Source of the DNA: an uncultured delta proteobacterium
Lineage (GTDB): Bacteria > Myxococcota_A > Polyangia > Fen-1088
Length of the DNA: 64,000 bases
Assembly: GCA_963755125.1 (NCBI GenBank)
Contig: CAVWIP010000001.1
Location: 160,001 to 224,000, forward strand
Direction of reading: 5' to 3'
Below are positions 22,502-30,774 of this stretch, one piece after another. The position numbers were made by a program, and so were the translations under genes. Below the pieces are notes generated by a model. That model was not told the DNA's origin. It searched no databases and was given only the letters and a program-made list of their open reading frames with translations. Within the stretch, counting starts at the first letter, position 1, and each line of letters starts with the position of its first letter.

Positions 22502-24919
22502 ATGGTCTTCGCTATATGGGTCTGCGCGTTCGCTTGCGGGATCGCCGTCGCGATTCTCTCTGCGGCCTATGTCGCGGCCGGGTTCGGGCTGGTGGCGCTC
22601 GGGCTGCTGGCCTGGAGTCTGAGCCGTCGCGCGTGGGTCACTGCAGTCGCGGCAGGAGCGCTGGCGGCAGGTGCCGGGCTCGGTATTCGAGCGGTTCGTG
22701 AGTGCGAGGCCCCATCGTGGGCCGTGCCCGAAGACACGCTGGTTCGGCTGTCAGGCCAGGTCGTCATGGGGCCGGAGGCAGGCGCAGGGCAGGGGGAGAG
22801 CAAGAAGATACGGTTCCTGCTGGCGGTTCACTCGCTCGACGGATCTCCCCTGAACGTCAGTGCGGTGGTGACCGTGACAGAGGGCGTGCCCGATCTGGCA
22901 CCAGGGGATGAGGTGGCGTTCAGCGCACGGCTTTTCCTGCCGCGCGGGTTCGCCAATCCCGGCTTGCCCGATGCGCGCCTTCTCTCCAAGGCACAGGGCG
23001 TGGACCTGCTCGCCGGCGTCCGGAGCGCAGCAGACATCCAAATCGTCTCTGGGCTGGAGGGCTCGGGATGGCCGCCGCGACGTCTGGCCTTTCGCCTGCG
23101 CTCGGCCATGGCACGGGTGATCGATCAGCGCCTCGCCGGTCCTGCGGCCGCATTCGTGCGCACCATGGTGCTGGGCGAGCGCACCGAGGTGTCACCCGAG
23201 GTCGAAGAGGGGTTTCGCGCGGCCGGGGCCACGCACGTTCTGTCGGTTTCGGGACTGCACCTGGCGGTTGTCGCAGCGCTGGTCTTCGGGCTGTTGCGCC
23301 GGCTGGCCCTGTTGGTCCCCCAATGGGCTTTACGCATGAATGCCACGGCGCTGGCCGCTGCGCTGTCGCTGCCCGCGGTGGCGCTGTACACCTTGCTCAC
23401 TGGCGAGGCCATGGCCACCCTGCGCTCGGCTTTCATGGCTGTGGTCGCGTTGGGCGCGATGCTGGTCAATCGACCGTTCTCCCTCGCGGCCAGCATCGCG
23501 TTCGCCGCGCTGGTCTTGTTGGTGCAATCGCCGCTGGCTCTGCTCGATGTCTCGTTTCAGCTTTCCTTTGCCTCGGTGATTGCCTTGGGCTTCTTTGCGC
23601 AGCGGTTTTCGCCTGCGGCACCGCCCAAAGGTGCAAGATGGTGGCGGCGGGCTCTGGGGTGGCTTGGCCGCTGTCTGGCCGCAAGTTCCGTCGCGAGCCT
23701 GAGCACCATGCCACTCGTGGCACACCATTTTGGCGAGGTGACGCCTGTTGCGCCGGTCGGCAACTTAGTGCTGGTACCGCTGGTCGAACTGGCGGTCTTG
23801 CCTTGCGGGTTGGTGGGCGCGCTCTTGGCCCTCGCCCATCCGGTACTCGGGGCTGCGCCGCTCTGGATCGCGGGTGTGGCTTCGCAAGCGGCGCTCTACG
23901 GGGCCGAGGGATTTCGGCGTCTGGCGCCCATCATTCTGGTTCGCTATCCCAACCTGCTCGAAAGCGCGGCGTTGGTGGCCAGCGCGGGATTTCTTCTTTA
24001 CGGGCTGTCACGGGGCACGGGTCGGCGATTGCGCTGGCTGCTGTCGGCATTCTTGGCCTGCTTGCTGGCTACGGGCAGCCTGGTGGTGCGCGACCTGCGC
24101 CGCAGGACAGCCGACGAAATGCGCGTGACTTTCATCGACGTGGGGCAGGGGGATTCGGCCCTGCTGGAAGGGCCCGGTGGGTTCGTCATGCTGGTCGACG
24201 GCGGTGGTCGTTACGATGATTCCTTCGATACCGGGGCGCGCGTGGTGGAGCCGGTGCTGCGCGCGCGTGGCATCGGACGCGTCGATCTGGTCGTGCTTTC
24301 CCACCCGCACCCCGACCATCTCAACGGCCTCTTGCGCGTGCTGGCGCGTTTCGAGGTGGGCACTCTGTGGACCAGCGGCGATGATGGCCACAACCCGAAA
24401 TACCGCGAGCTGTTGGCGCTGGCGCATCAGCGTGGGGTCGCCACGCCGGTGCCGGCCGGGTTCGACAAAGAGGGCGTGCGGGTCGAACCACTGGGCCCGT
24501 GGGTCGGCGATGTCATCGGCCCGCCGCCGGGCCTGGACGCGAACAACGCCTCGCTGGTGGTGCGCGCGAGCTATGCCGGCCACGCGGTGCTGTTCACCGG
24601 CGACATCGGTGAAGACGGGGAGGCCGAGCTGGTGGCGCGAGGGGAAACGGGCTTGGCCATCGCCAGCGACGTGCTCAAGGTTCCCCATCACGGCAGCCGG
24701 ATGTCGTCGGGGGATGAGTTCCTGGCGGCCGTGCAGCCAAGCACGGCGGTCGTATCGGTGGGCAAGCACAACACTTTCCATCTGCCCAGCCCGGCGACCT
24801 TGGCCCGATACGCCGCGCGGAACACAGGTGTGCATCGCACGGATCTGGAAGGTGCGGTCACAGTAGCCGTCAATGCGCAAGGGCGCCTATCGGTGACCTG
24901 CGTTCGGGGGTGCCGATGA
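22502..24919 (+). CDS. comEC: DNA internalization competence protein ComEC/Rec2
   Basis: HVLSVSGLH, SFQLSF, metallo-beta-lactamase DVGQGD, SHPHPDH, KVPHHGS. Confidence 0.93.
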   Translation: MVFAIWVCAFACGIAVAILSAAYVAAGFGLVALGLLAWSLSRRAWVTAVAAGALAAGAGLGIRAVRECEAPSWAVPEDTLVRLSGQVVMGPEAGAGQGESKKIRFLLAVHSLDGSPLNVSAVVTVTEGVPDLAPGDEVAFSARLFLPRGFANPGLPDARLLSKAQGVDLLAGVRSAADIQIVSGLEGSGWPPRRLAFRLRSAMARVIDQRLAGPAAAFVRTMVLGERTEVSPEVEEGFRAAGATHVLSVSGLHLAVVAALVFGLLRRLALLVPQWALRMNATALAAALSLPAVALYTLLTGEAMATLRSAFMAVVALGAMLVNRPFSLAASIAFAALVLLVQSPLALLDVSFQLSFASVIALGFFAQRFSPAAPPKGARWWRRALGWLGRCLAASSVASLSTMPLVAHHFGEVTPVAPVGNLVLVPLVELAVLPCGLVGALLALAHPVLGAAPLWIAGVASQAALYGAEGFRRLAPIILVRYPNLLESAALVASAGFLLYGLSRGTGRRLRWLLSAFLACLLATGSLVVRDLRRRTADEMRVTFIDVGQGDSALLEGPGGFVMLVDGGGRYDDSFDTGARVVEPVLRARGIGRVDLVVLSHPHPDHLNGLLRVLARFEVGTLWTSGDDGHNPKYRELLALAHQRGVATPVPAGFDKEGVRVEPLGPWVGDVIGPPPGLDANNASLVVRASYAGHAVLFTGDIGEDGEAELVARGETGLAIASDVLKVPHHGSRMSSGDEFLAAVQPSTAVVSVGKHNTFHLPSPATLARYAARNTGVHRTDLEGAVTVAVNAQGRLSVTCVRGCR

Positions 24920-24923
24920 CCGG

Positions 24924-26201
24924 CTACTCGTCGAACATGGTCTCGTCGGAGGCGTCAGGAAGTTCTTGCCGTGCGCCAGTGAGATCGGCCGTGGTCTTGC
25001 GCAGACGCTGGGCCAGCACCTGCACGAAGCTCCACAACAACTTCACCGACAGACGCGGTTCGTTGCGAATGATTTCGTTGAATTCCTGGCGGCGCAGTAC
25101 CAGGGCGCGGGTGCGGTCCTCAACCGAGGCGCTGACCGAACGCGGTCGCTTGTCGATGAGGGCCATCTCGCCGAAATGCGTGCCGGGTCCGAGTTGGGTG
25201 ACGAAGGCCCCGTCCTTGTGCAGCCGAACCTTGCCTTTGAGCAGGATGAACAGGTCATCGCCCGGCTGACCCTCGCGCAGGATCTCGTCGCCGGTGTTGA
25301 AATCCACGACCTTGGTGACCGACAGGACGCGCAGGATTTCCTTGTAGGTGAGGTGGCGGAAGAGCGGCATCTGCCGCAAGACCTCGACCTTGCGGTTGAG
25401 TTCCTGGGCGCGCGTCTGCCCCGCATCGGTCGTGTCGACCTGTACGCGCAGAATGACTGCGGTGATGTTGTCCTGACCGCCGCCCTTGTTGGCATGGTCA
25501 ACCAGCTTCTGCGGAATGGCGGTCACGTGGTCGCCGCCGAGGAAGCTGGTGACATCCTTGTCCTGCAAGTAGGCGTGCAATCCGTCCGAGCAAAGCAGGA
25601 ACTGGTCGCCGGGCAGGACTTCCAGGTCGATGGTATCGACCTGTGTCGTCTCGTACACGCCAAGCGCGCGCGTGACGGCGTTCTTGTACGAGGCGTAGGG
25701 CGAGGCAGCCAGCGACTCGCGCGTGACCTTGCCGTGGCGGATCAGCTCGTTGACCAGCGAGTGGTCCTCGGTCAGTTGCACGGTTTGGTTTTGCCTGACC
25801 ATGTAGACCCGACTGTCACCGACGTGGGCGATGAAGGCGCGCTCGCCCACTAGCAAGAGAGCCGACAAGGTGGTGCCCATGCCGCGCTTCTCGCGCTCCT
25901 TCTGTCCGCGCTCGAAGATGGTGACCCCGGCCTGTTGTACGGCGTTTTCCATCGCCGCGAGGATGTCTTGCGTCGTGATGCCATCTTCATGGCGCGCATA
26001 TCCGTCCAGCAGATCCTTTCGGGCCTCCATCGCGTTGCGAAAATCGGTCACCGCGATCTGCGATGCGATTTCGCCCGAGGCATGGCCCCCCATGCCGTCG
26101 GCGACCGCAAAGAGCGACAACTTCTTGTCGATGAGGAAGTTGTCCTCGTTGTGTTGTCGCTTCCGACCGACGTCGGTCGCGGCCCAGAAACTCAGATCCA
26201 T
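24924..26201 (-). CDS. PP2C-family Ser/Thr phosphatase with C-terminal cyclic nucleotide-binding domain
   Basis: TDVGRKRQHNED, VADGMGGH, LCSDGL, GGQDNIT; cNMP motif FGEMALID..PRS. Confidence 0.9.
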   Translation of the reverse strand: MDLSFWAATDVGRKRQHNEDNFLIDKKLSLFAVADGMGGHASGEIASQIAVTDFRNAMEARKDLLDGYARHEDGITTQDILAAMENAVQQAGVTIFERGQKEREKRGMGTTLSALLLVGERAFIAHVGDSRVYMVRQNQTVQLTEDHSLVNELIRHGKVTRESLAASPYASYKNAVTRALGVYETTQVDTIDLEVLPGDQFLLCSDGLHAYLQDKDVTSFLGGDHVTAIPQKLVDHANKGGGQDNITAVILRVQVDTTDAGQTRAQELNRKVEVLRQMPLFRHLTYKEILRVLSVTKVVDFNTGDEILREGQPGDDLFILLKGKVRLHKDGAFVTQLGPGTHFGEMALIDKRPRSVSASVEDRTRALVLRRQEFNEIIRNEPRLSVKLLWSFVQVLAQRLRKTTADLTGARQELPDASDETMFDE

Positions 26202-26298
26202 GGTATGTCCTGCACGGTGACCGCTTCGCCGAAACGAGCCTGAATAGCATCTATCCCCGGGGCCAGCAAGAACTGGCGCGGCAAGGCGGATGCCGGTC

Positions 26299-26326
26299 TT
26301 GACACGCCCAGCACGACTGCTACAAC
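26299..26326 (+). promoter_or_regulatory. Putative sigma70 promoter of the tRNA-Gln/tRNA-Glu pair
   Basis: TTGACA-N16-TACAAC about 40 bp upstream of tRNA-Gln. Confidence 0.5.
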
Positions 26327-26363
26327 TTTCCTTCCCGCCGCGGACCGCCTCGGCGCGGAGAAC

Positions 26364-26434
26364 TCGGGGATCGTCTAATGGCAGGACGCCAGACTCTGGA
26401 TCTGGCTATCAAGGTTCGAATCCTTGTCCCCGAA
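26364..26434 (+). tRNA. tRNA-Gln(CTG)
   Basis: TCGGGGA...TCCCCGA acceptor stem, CCAGA CT CTG GA TCTGG anticodon arm, GGTTCGAATCC T-arm. Confidence 0.95.
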
Positions 26435-26470
26435 CACAATCTAGCGTGAGAGAATTTGAAAGTTACGACT

Positions 26471-26542
26471 GGCCCCATGGTCTAGCGGTTAGGACGGCGC
26501 CCTCTCACGGCGTAATCTCGGGTTCAAGTCCCGATGGGGTCA
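26471..26542 (+). tRNA. tRNA-Glu(CTC), integration target
   Basis: GGCCCCA...TGGGGTC-A acceptor stem, GCGCC CT CTC AC GGCGT anticodon arm, GGTTCAAGTCC T-arm. Confidence 0.95.
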
Positions 26543-26558
26543 CAACGATTCTAGGTGG

Positions 26559-27662
26559 TTACGCCCGATTTTCCGTGTTTTGCCACGGATTTGCCACGGC
26601 GGGGGCGTCCAGAGCCCTGATCAGATCGGCCCCACTGCCCGGCGACAGGTGGGCGTAGCGCATGGTCATGGTGATGGTCGAGTGTCCCATCCACTGCTGT
26701 ATCTGCGGAATGTGCACGCCCCGCATCGCCAGGTGCGAAGCGAAGGTGTGCCGCAGATCGTGCCACCGGATCTCGCGAATCCCCGCCCGTCTGCACGCGC
26801 CCCACAGCCGCTCGTGTAGCTGGTCTATCTTCAACGCTGAGCCGTCCGGGTTGCAGAAGACCAGCTTCGATCGCAGATGACGGATCCGCTTCAGGCCGGC
26901 GTCCAGGGAAGCCGAGAGAGGCACCCGCCGTTCCCGCCCGCTCTTGGTCGGACCGACCACGCCCCGTGTGGAGCTGCGCCGAAACACCACCAACCGACTG
27001 CAGAAGTCCACGTCGCCCCACTGCAAAGCGAGCTGCTCGCCCGCCCGCGCGCCCGTGTGGAGCGCGAACAGGATAGACACCTCGACATCCTCGGAACGCG
27101 CTCCAGCCGCTTGCAGGACCTTCTGCGCCTCTTCTGGCGTGAGGAAGTCCCACTCGGGCTGCGGCACCTTCATGCGAGGCAGGACAGGCAGCGCGGCGAG
27201 GTACTCCCATTCGACAGCCGAGGCCAAGATCCGCCGCAACGTCCCCAAGATGTTTTTCAACGTCTTGGGCTTCAGCTTCGACTCGTCCCGCAGCCGCGCC
27301 ACCAGCTTGCCGACCACCTCGCCCCGGATCTTGTCCAGGGTCAGGCGGCCAAGCGTGGGCTTCAGGTGCAGCCGCAAGTGGATCTCCTTCTCCTCGACCG
27401 TGCTGGGCCGGTTCCCGACCGAGCTGGGGTACATGGGCCACCAGACCTCGTCGACGAACTTCTGAAAAGTGGGCACCTCCTTCTTCGTTTGCTCGGCGGG
27501 GGAGGGCGAGAGCACACGGATGATGTGCTCTCGCTCCGCAACCTCGGCCGCCTGTTTGGTGTTCAGCGTTGGCGAGCCGCTGATACGGATCCTGCCCCCG
27601 TCGGGCAGTTTCACTATTTTTCTGTATCGCCATCGTCCTTCACGATCGCGTCTTGCCGGCAT
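26559..27662 (-). CDS. Tyrosine recombinase/phage-type integrase
   Basis: HTGARAGE (catalytic R), WHDLRHTFAS (HxxR), MGHSTITMTMRYAH (H, Y); N-terminal arm-binding and SAM-like regions. Confidence 0.95.
   Translation of the reverse strand: MPARRDREGRWRYRKIVKLPDGGRIRISGSPTLNTKQAAEVAEREHIIRVLSPSPAEQTKKEVPTFQKFVDEVWWPMYPSSVGNRPSTVEEKEIHLRLHLKPTLGRLTLDKIRGEVVGKLVARLRDESKLKPKTLKNILGTLRRILASAVEWEYLAALPVLPRMKVPQPEWDFLTPEEAQKVLQAAGARSEDVEVSILFALHTGARAGEQLALQWGDVDFCSRLVVFRRSSTRGVVGPTKSGRERRVPLSASLDAGLKRIRHLRSKLVFCNPDGSALKIDQLHERLWGACRRAGIREIRWHDLRHTFASHLAMRGVHIPQIQQWMGHSTITMTMRYAHLSPGSGADLIRALDAPAVANPWQNTENRA
26579..26597 (+). promoter_or_regulatory. Putative integrase arm-type site pair TTTGCCAC-N3-TTTGCCAC (left arm)
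   Basis: Same paired octamer with 11-bp periodicity recurs at 32743-32761 and 42798-42816 next to the other att cores. Confidence 0.7.
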
Positions 27663-27864
27663 GGATTCCTCCAGGGGGCGCGACGCAGCCTTGCTGTAGG
27701 AAGGACGCTACCACGTTGCGGGATATTCGGATGACCCGCCCGACTCGCAACGCCGGAAAGCGCCCGGCTTTGATCTCGGCGTAGAGCGTTTTCACGTTCA
27801 CGCCGATCGCAGCCGCGGCTTCCCTGACTGTGAGGACGGGACGATCTGGGAGTGGTTCGAGCAT
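27640..27864 (-). CDS. Excisionase-family helix-turn-helix protein (HTH_17-like)
   Basis: LTVREAAAAIGVNVKTLYAEIKAGRFPALRVGRVIRI; directly upstream of the integrase. Confidence 0.85.
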   Translation of the reverse strand: MLEPLPDRPVLTVREAAAAIGVNVKTLYAEIKAGRFPALRVGRVIRISRNVVASFLQQGCVAPPGGIHAGKTRS

Positions 27865-27878
27865 GGGGGCACCTTCGC

Positions 27879-28373
27879 CTAGAAAGGCACGTCCTCAGAC
27901 GGCACTGGACCAGCGTCTGAAGGGCCGGAGTTACCAGAATTGCCGTTTCTGCCGCCGCCTTTTGTCGGTTCAGACAGAGGCTCCTGCTCGTCGGCAAAAA
28001 TCTCGTAGAGCTGAAACTTGCGTTTGTTGTAGAGCTGCTTAACGCCGGCCGGGTTGATGAATACCCGGCTGCCCACCCTCACGGTGCGCAGGTCACGCAG
28101 GCCCGCGCGCTCCGAAACCCCAATGATAGACCCCGTGTCAGCCTCTCGGATGGCGAATGCGTTGTACACGTCGCCGCTCGGGTGGTGCTCCTGTCGGCCT
28201 TTCCAGATCAGCGTTCCGTCGATGGGGCCGTCTTCTGGTCTGAACCACCGGGTGATGTCCGGCCGGTCCACGCGGTTCGCGTTCTTGATCCATTCTGGTA
28301 GCCGTACTTTACTCAAGACCTGCGCGATGGTTTCGGGTTGTCTCGTCGTCTCGGAACTCTCGGTATCACTCAT
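27879..28373 (-). CDS. Putative single-stranded DNA-binding protein
   Basis: Beta-rich core, Gly/Asn/Ser/Pro linker and acidic tip SEDVPF (compare SSB DDIPF); ATG overlaps the rep stop (ATGA). Confidence 0.6.
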   Translation of the reverse strand: MSDTESSETTRQPETIAQVLSKVRLPEWIKNANRVDRPDITRWFRPEDGPIDGTLIWKGRQEHHPSGDVYNAFAIREADTGSIIGVSERAGLRDLRTVRVGSRVFINPAGVKQLYNKRKFQLYEIFADEQEPLSEPTKGGGRNGNSGNSGPSDAGPVPSEDVPF

Positions 28374-29332
28374 CTGCTTTCTCCTCTCGGGCGGTTGGTT
28401 TTCTTCGACAAAGGACCCGCTCGCCCGAAGCGCGGAACCCAGTCGTCTGGAAGCTCGGAAAACAAGATGTGAAGGGGCGCGATCTCGCTCCTCCACGCGT
28501 TCGCACCACAGTGCGGACAGGTGCGCGCTGTCTTCTCTGGAAGGTCGCTGTCGTCGTCAGCCCCGCGCCACGCGCCCATGCACTCAAACAGGCGGTCGCC
28601 CGAGAACGCGACTTCCGCGCGCGCGGCCAGCACAGGGTCGATGAACTCGCCAGGTCCGCCGCGCAGGATGTGCAGGTTCTTGGGCGAGGCGGCCTTCATC
28701 ATATACTTGGCCAGTTCGCGGATCGCCTTGCGCGGCTTGCGCACGTATTGGCAGTTCACGAATGGCGAGTCGCCCGCGCGGAACATGTATATGTCGCGCA
28801 GGATCCGAACGTCTGGACGCCGGCCGTGATAGAGCGCGTGGACGTGGACGGCGCCGCGCGGTGAGACTTCCAGACTCAGGGCCAGTGCGCGCCCGCGCGG
28901 CTTCAGATAGTGCCGCCAGACGAACCCAGCCGCCTCGCGCACAATCTTCTTCCGGCGCTTCAGACCGTCGACGGAAACATCGTCTGGAGCGTTCGGGTCA
29001 TAGCGAAGAGTGAACGTCAGCAGATACAGCGCCATGTCGCGCGGCCGTGCGCCAGCGCACCACTTTTCGTCTAGCCGCGACCGCACCACGTTGGCGCGCC
29101 GGCGCGCGCAGGTCGGGCACGAGCGGAGATCGCAAGCACATTCGATGATCACACTGGCGGCGTCCACGGTCCCGCACGTGCCGCAGCGCTGGACGCGCGC
29201 GAAGCGCCCACACGACAGGATTGCACGCGCTTTCTTCACGAAGTTGCGCCGGCGCTTGCCGTGGGCCACGTGATAGATCGCCAGCCGACGCAGTTCGGCC
29301 GCCACACCCTCCCGGTATTCGTCCAGGGTCAT
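28370..29332 (-). CDS. HUH-endonuclease rolling-circle replication initiator (Rep_1/pC194-like)
   Basis: Cys cluster CGTC..CACDLRSCPTC, motif I LLTFTL, motif II VHVHALY, motif III ELAKYMMK; start uncertain (ORF open to 29617). Confidence 0.85.
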   Translation of the reverse strand: MTLDEYREGVAAELRRLAIYHVAHGKRRRNFVKKARAILSCGRFARVQRCGTCGTVDAASVIIECACDLRSCPTCARRRANVVRSRLDEKWCAGARPRDMALYLLTFTLRYDPNAPDDVSVDGLKRRKKIVREAAGFVWRHYLKPRGRALALSLEVSPRGAVHVHALYHGRRPDVRILRDIYMFRAGDSPFVNCQYVRKPRKAIRELAKYMMKAASPKNLHILRGGPGEFIDPVLAARAEVAFSGDRLFECMGAWRGADDDSDLPEKTARTCPHCGANAWRSEIAPLHILFSELPDDWVPRFGRAGPLSKKTNRPRGESR

Positions 29333-29387
29333 CCAGACAGAGCCGAACAGGGCGGAACGGGATGGCTCGCGTCGTTGAGTTGTTCCG

Positions 29388-29447
29388 TATGTATCAAGAT
29401 TAGGGGCGCCGGCCGAGCCGGCACCCGCGGAAGGGGGCTCCGCCCCC
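29388..29447 (-). other. Putative double-strand origin (nick site CTTGATA plus GC hairpins)
   Basis: Minus strand TAATCTTGATACATA (CTTGATA at 29392-29398); hairpins GCCGGC-CGA-GCCGGC (29408-29422) and GGGGGC-TCC-GCCCCC (29433-29447), just upstream of rep. Confidence 0.7.
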
Positions 29448-29655
29448 TCGCTACCGCTCACCCCCGCGCTGGGCGCCTCGGGGTTCCCGATGGGCGCGAA
29501 GCTGCCCAACGCGAAGGGCGGGGCGCCCATTGGACGCCCCGCCCACGCCATCGGTCTACCCGTCGGCGCTTGGAGGGGTGCGACCGCCTCGCTTTTCTTA
29601 CATGCCCTGGCTTCCATGCGGTCCAGGGTGGACTAGAAATCCCGACGACTCCTCA

Positions 29656-29711
29656 GTACAGTGAAAGAGCCAGCATTGTACCGGGTACAATGGTTGTGCC
29701 GCCCATTGTAC
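29656..29711. promoter_or_regulatory. Operator-like palindrome CATTGTACC-G-GGTACAATG with extra half-sites upstream of rep
   Basis: Perfect inverted repeat 29674-29692, further CATTGTAC at 29704-29711 and GTACAGTG at 29656-29663; contains TACAAT -10-like boxes. Confidence 0.55.
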
Positions 29712-29747
29712 GGTTGACTCGAAATCGCGGTTGGAGGGTGCGTTCTC

Positions 29748-30368
29748 CTATCGCTGCTCGTCGCGGACCATCCTTCGTCGGGCCTGGTGAACTGCACCGA
29801 CGCTGATTCTTTCGAGCTTCGCCATCTCCGGCTCGGAGAAGTCGAGTGACTGATAAACCTTCAGACGAAAGAGAAGACCTCTTTTCTGAGTGGCGTGGGT
29901 CAGGGGAAGTGCCTCGAATTCGGCCTTCAGCGATTCGATGGCCTGCCCTACCGGCCCAGCGACCGGCCCGAGGGCAGCATCCAAGCCGCTTCTAGACTTT
30001 CTTGCGAATCGCTCGATAGGCGTGGTTTCGGGAAAAACACGGTCGAAAAGCCGGTGAATTATCGCACGCAATCCGTCCTTCGATTGCTTTTCGGCGGCTT
30101 CTCGCGCTTGCCGTCTGTCATCGATTCGAGCAATTGTCTCTCTAATGCGTGCGACAAGCACACACAGCATTTGAAGGTCCTTCAGCAGCGCCCGGGAGAT
30201 AGGGCGTGCGTCCCGCTCTTGGCGCTCACGTTGTCTTGACTGCTCGACCAGCACAAGAGCGAACATGCGCCACCACTTTGGATGCGGCTTTCGTTTGCCC
30301 GCCCCTTCCCAAAACGCCAGAAACTTTTCCTCTGCCGTCTCGTCGTCTTGTTCCTCGTTCGGTGCCAT
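29748..30368 (-). CDS. Hypothetical protein with C-terminal sigma-region-4-like HTH (putative element regulator)
   Basis: C-terminal FSEPEMAKLERISVGAVHQARRR is HTH-like; co-oriented upstream of rep. Confidence 0.5.
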   Translation of the reverse strand: MAPNEEQDDETAEEKFLAFWEGAGKRKPHPKWWRMFALVLVEQSRQRERQERDARPISRALLKDLQMLCVLVARIRETIARIDDRRQAREAAEKQSKDGLRAIIHRLFDRVFPETTPIERFARKSRSGLDAALGPVAGPVGQAIESLKAEFEALPLTHATQKRGLLFRLKVYQSLDFSEPEMAKLERISVGAVHQARRRMVRDEQR

Positions 30369-30645
30369 CGTCTTTTCTTGCAGCGTAGCCCAAAACGGTG
30401 GTGTAGGCGGCACAAGAAGGGCTGTCACGGCACGAAACCCGAAAAGTTGTCGATTGCCGTGCTGGATTCCGTGGAACGATTGGACCATGCGAACATTGAC
30501 CTAGCTCTCGCCGGCATCGCTTGCCGGAATGGTGGATAGTTTTCGACTATCAATTTGGCCGTTGCACGAGCTGAAACGAGCATGGCTTTCGCCATGCCTT
30601 ATCGGGTGTCCTCCGGGCGCATGAAATCTCGCCAGCGAAGGCCGT

Positions 30646-30674
30646 TTGACACAAATCGGCCCAAGGTCTACGCT
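30646..30674 (+). promoter_or_regulatory. Putative sigma70 promoter for the kelch cargo gene
   Basis: TTGACA-N17-TACGCT, 100 bp upstream of ATG 30775. Confidence 0.6.
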
Positions 30675-30774
30675 ATGGCTGTCTTCATCTTGTGCGGCCT
30701 AGACCGTCGCGGGACTCTGGAGAACTGGCGCACGTGACTACACGAGGATTCACAGCGAGCGTGAGGTATTAACC

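Noticed and set aside
28370..29332. Rep as an IS91/ISCR transposase
   Set aside because: Single-Tyr YxxK motif, pC194-like nick site upstream, and boundaries set by tRNA att repeats rather than oriIS/terIS.
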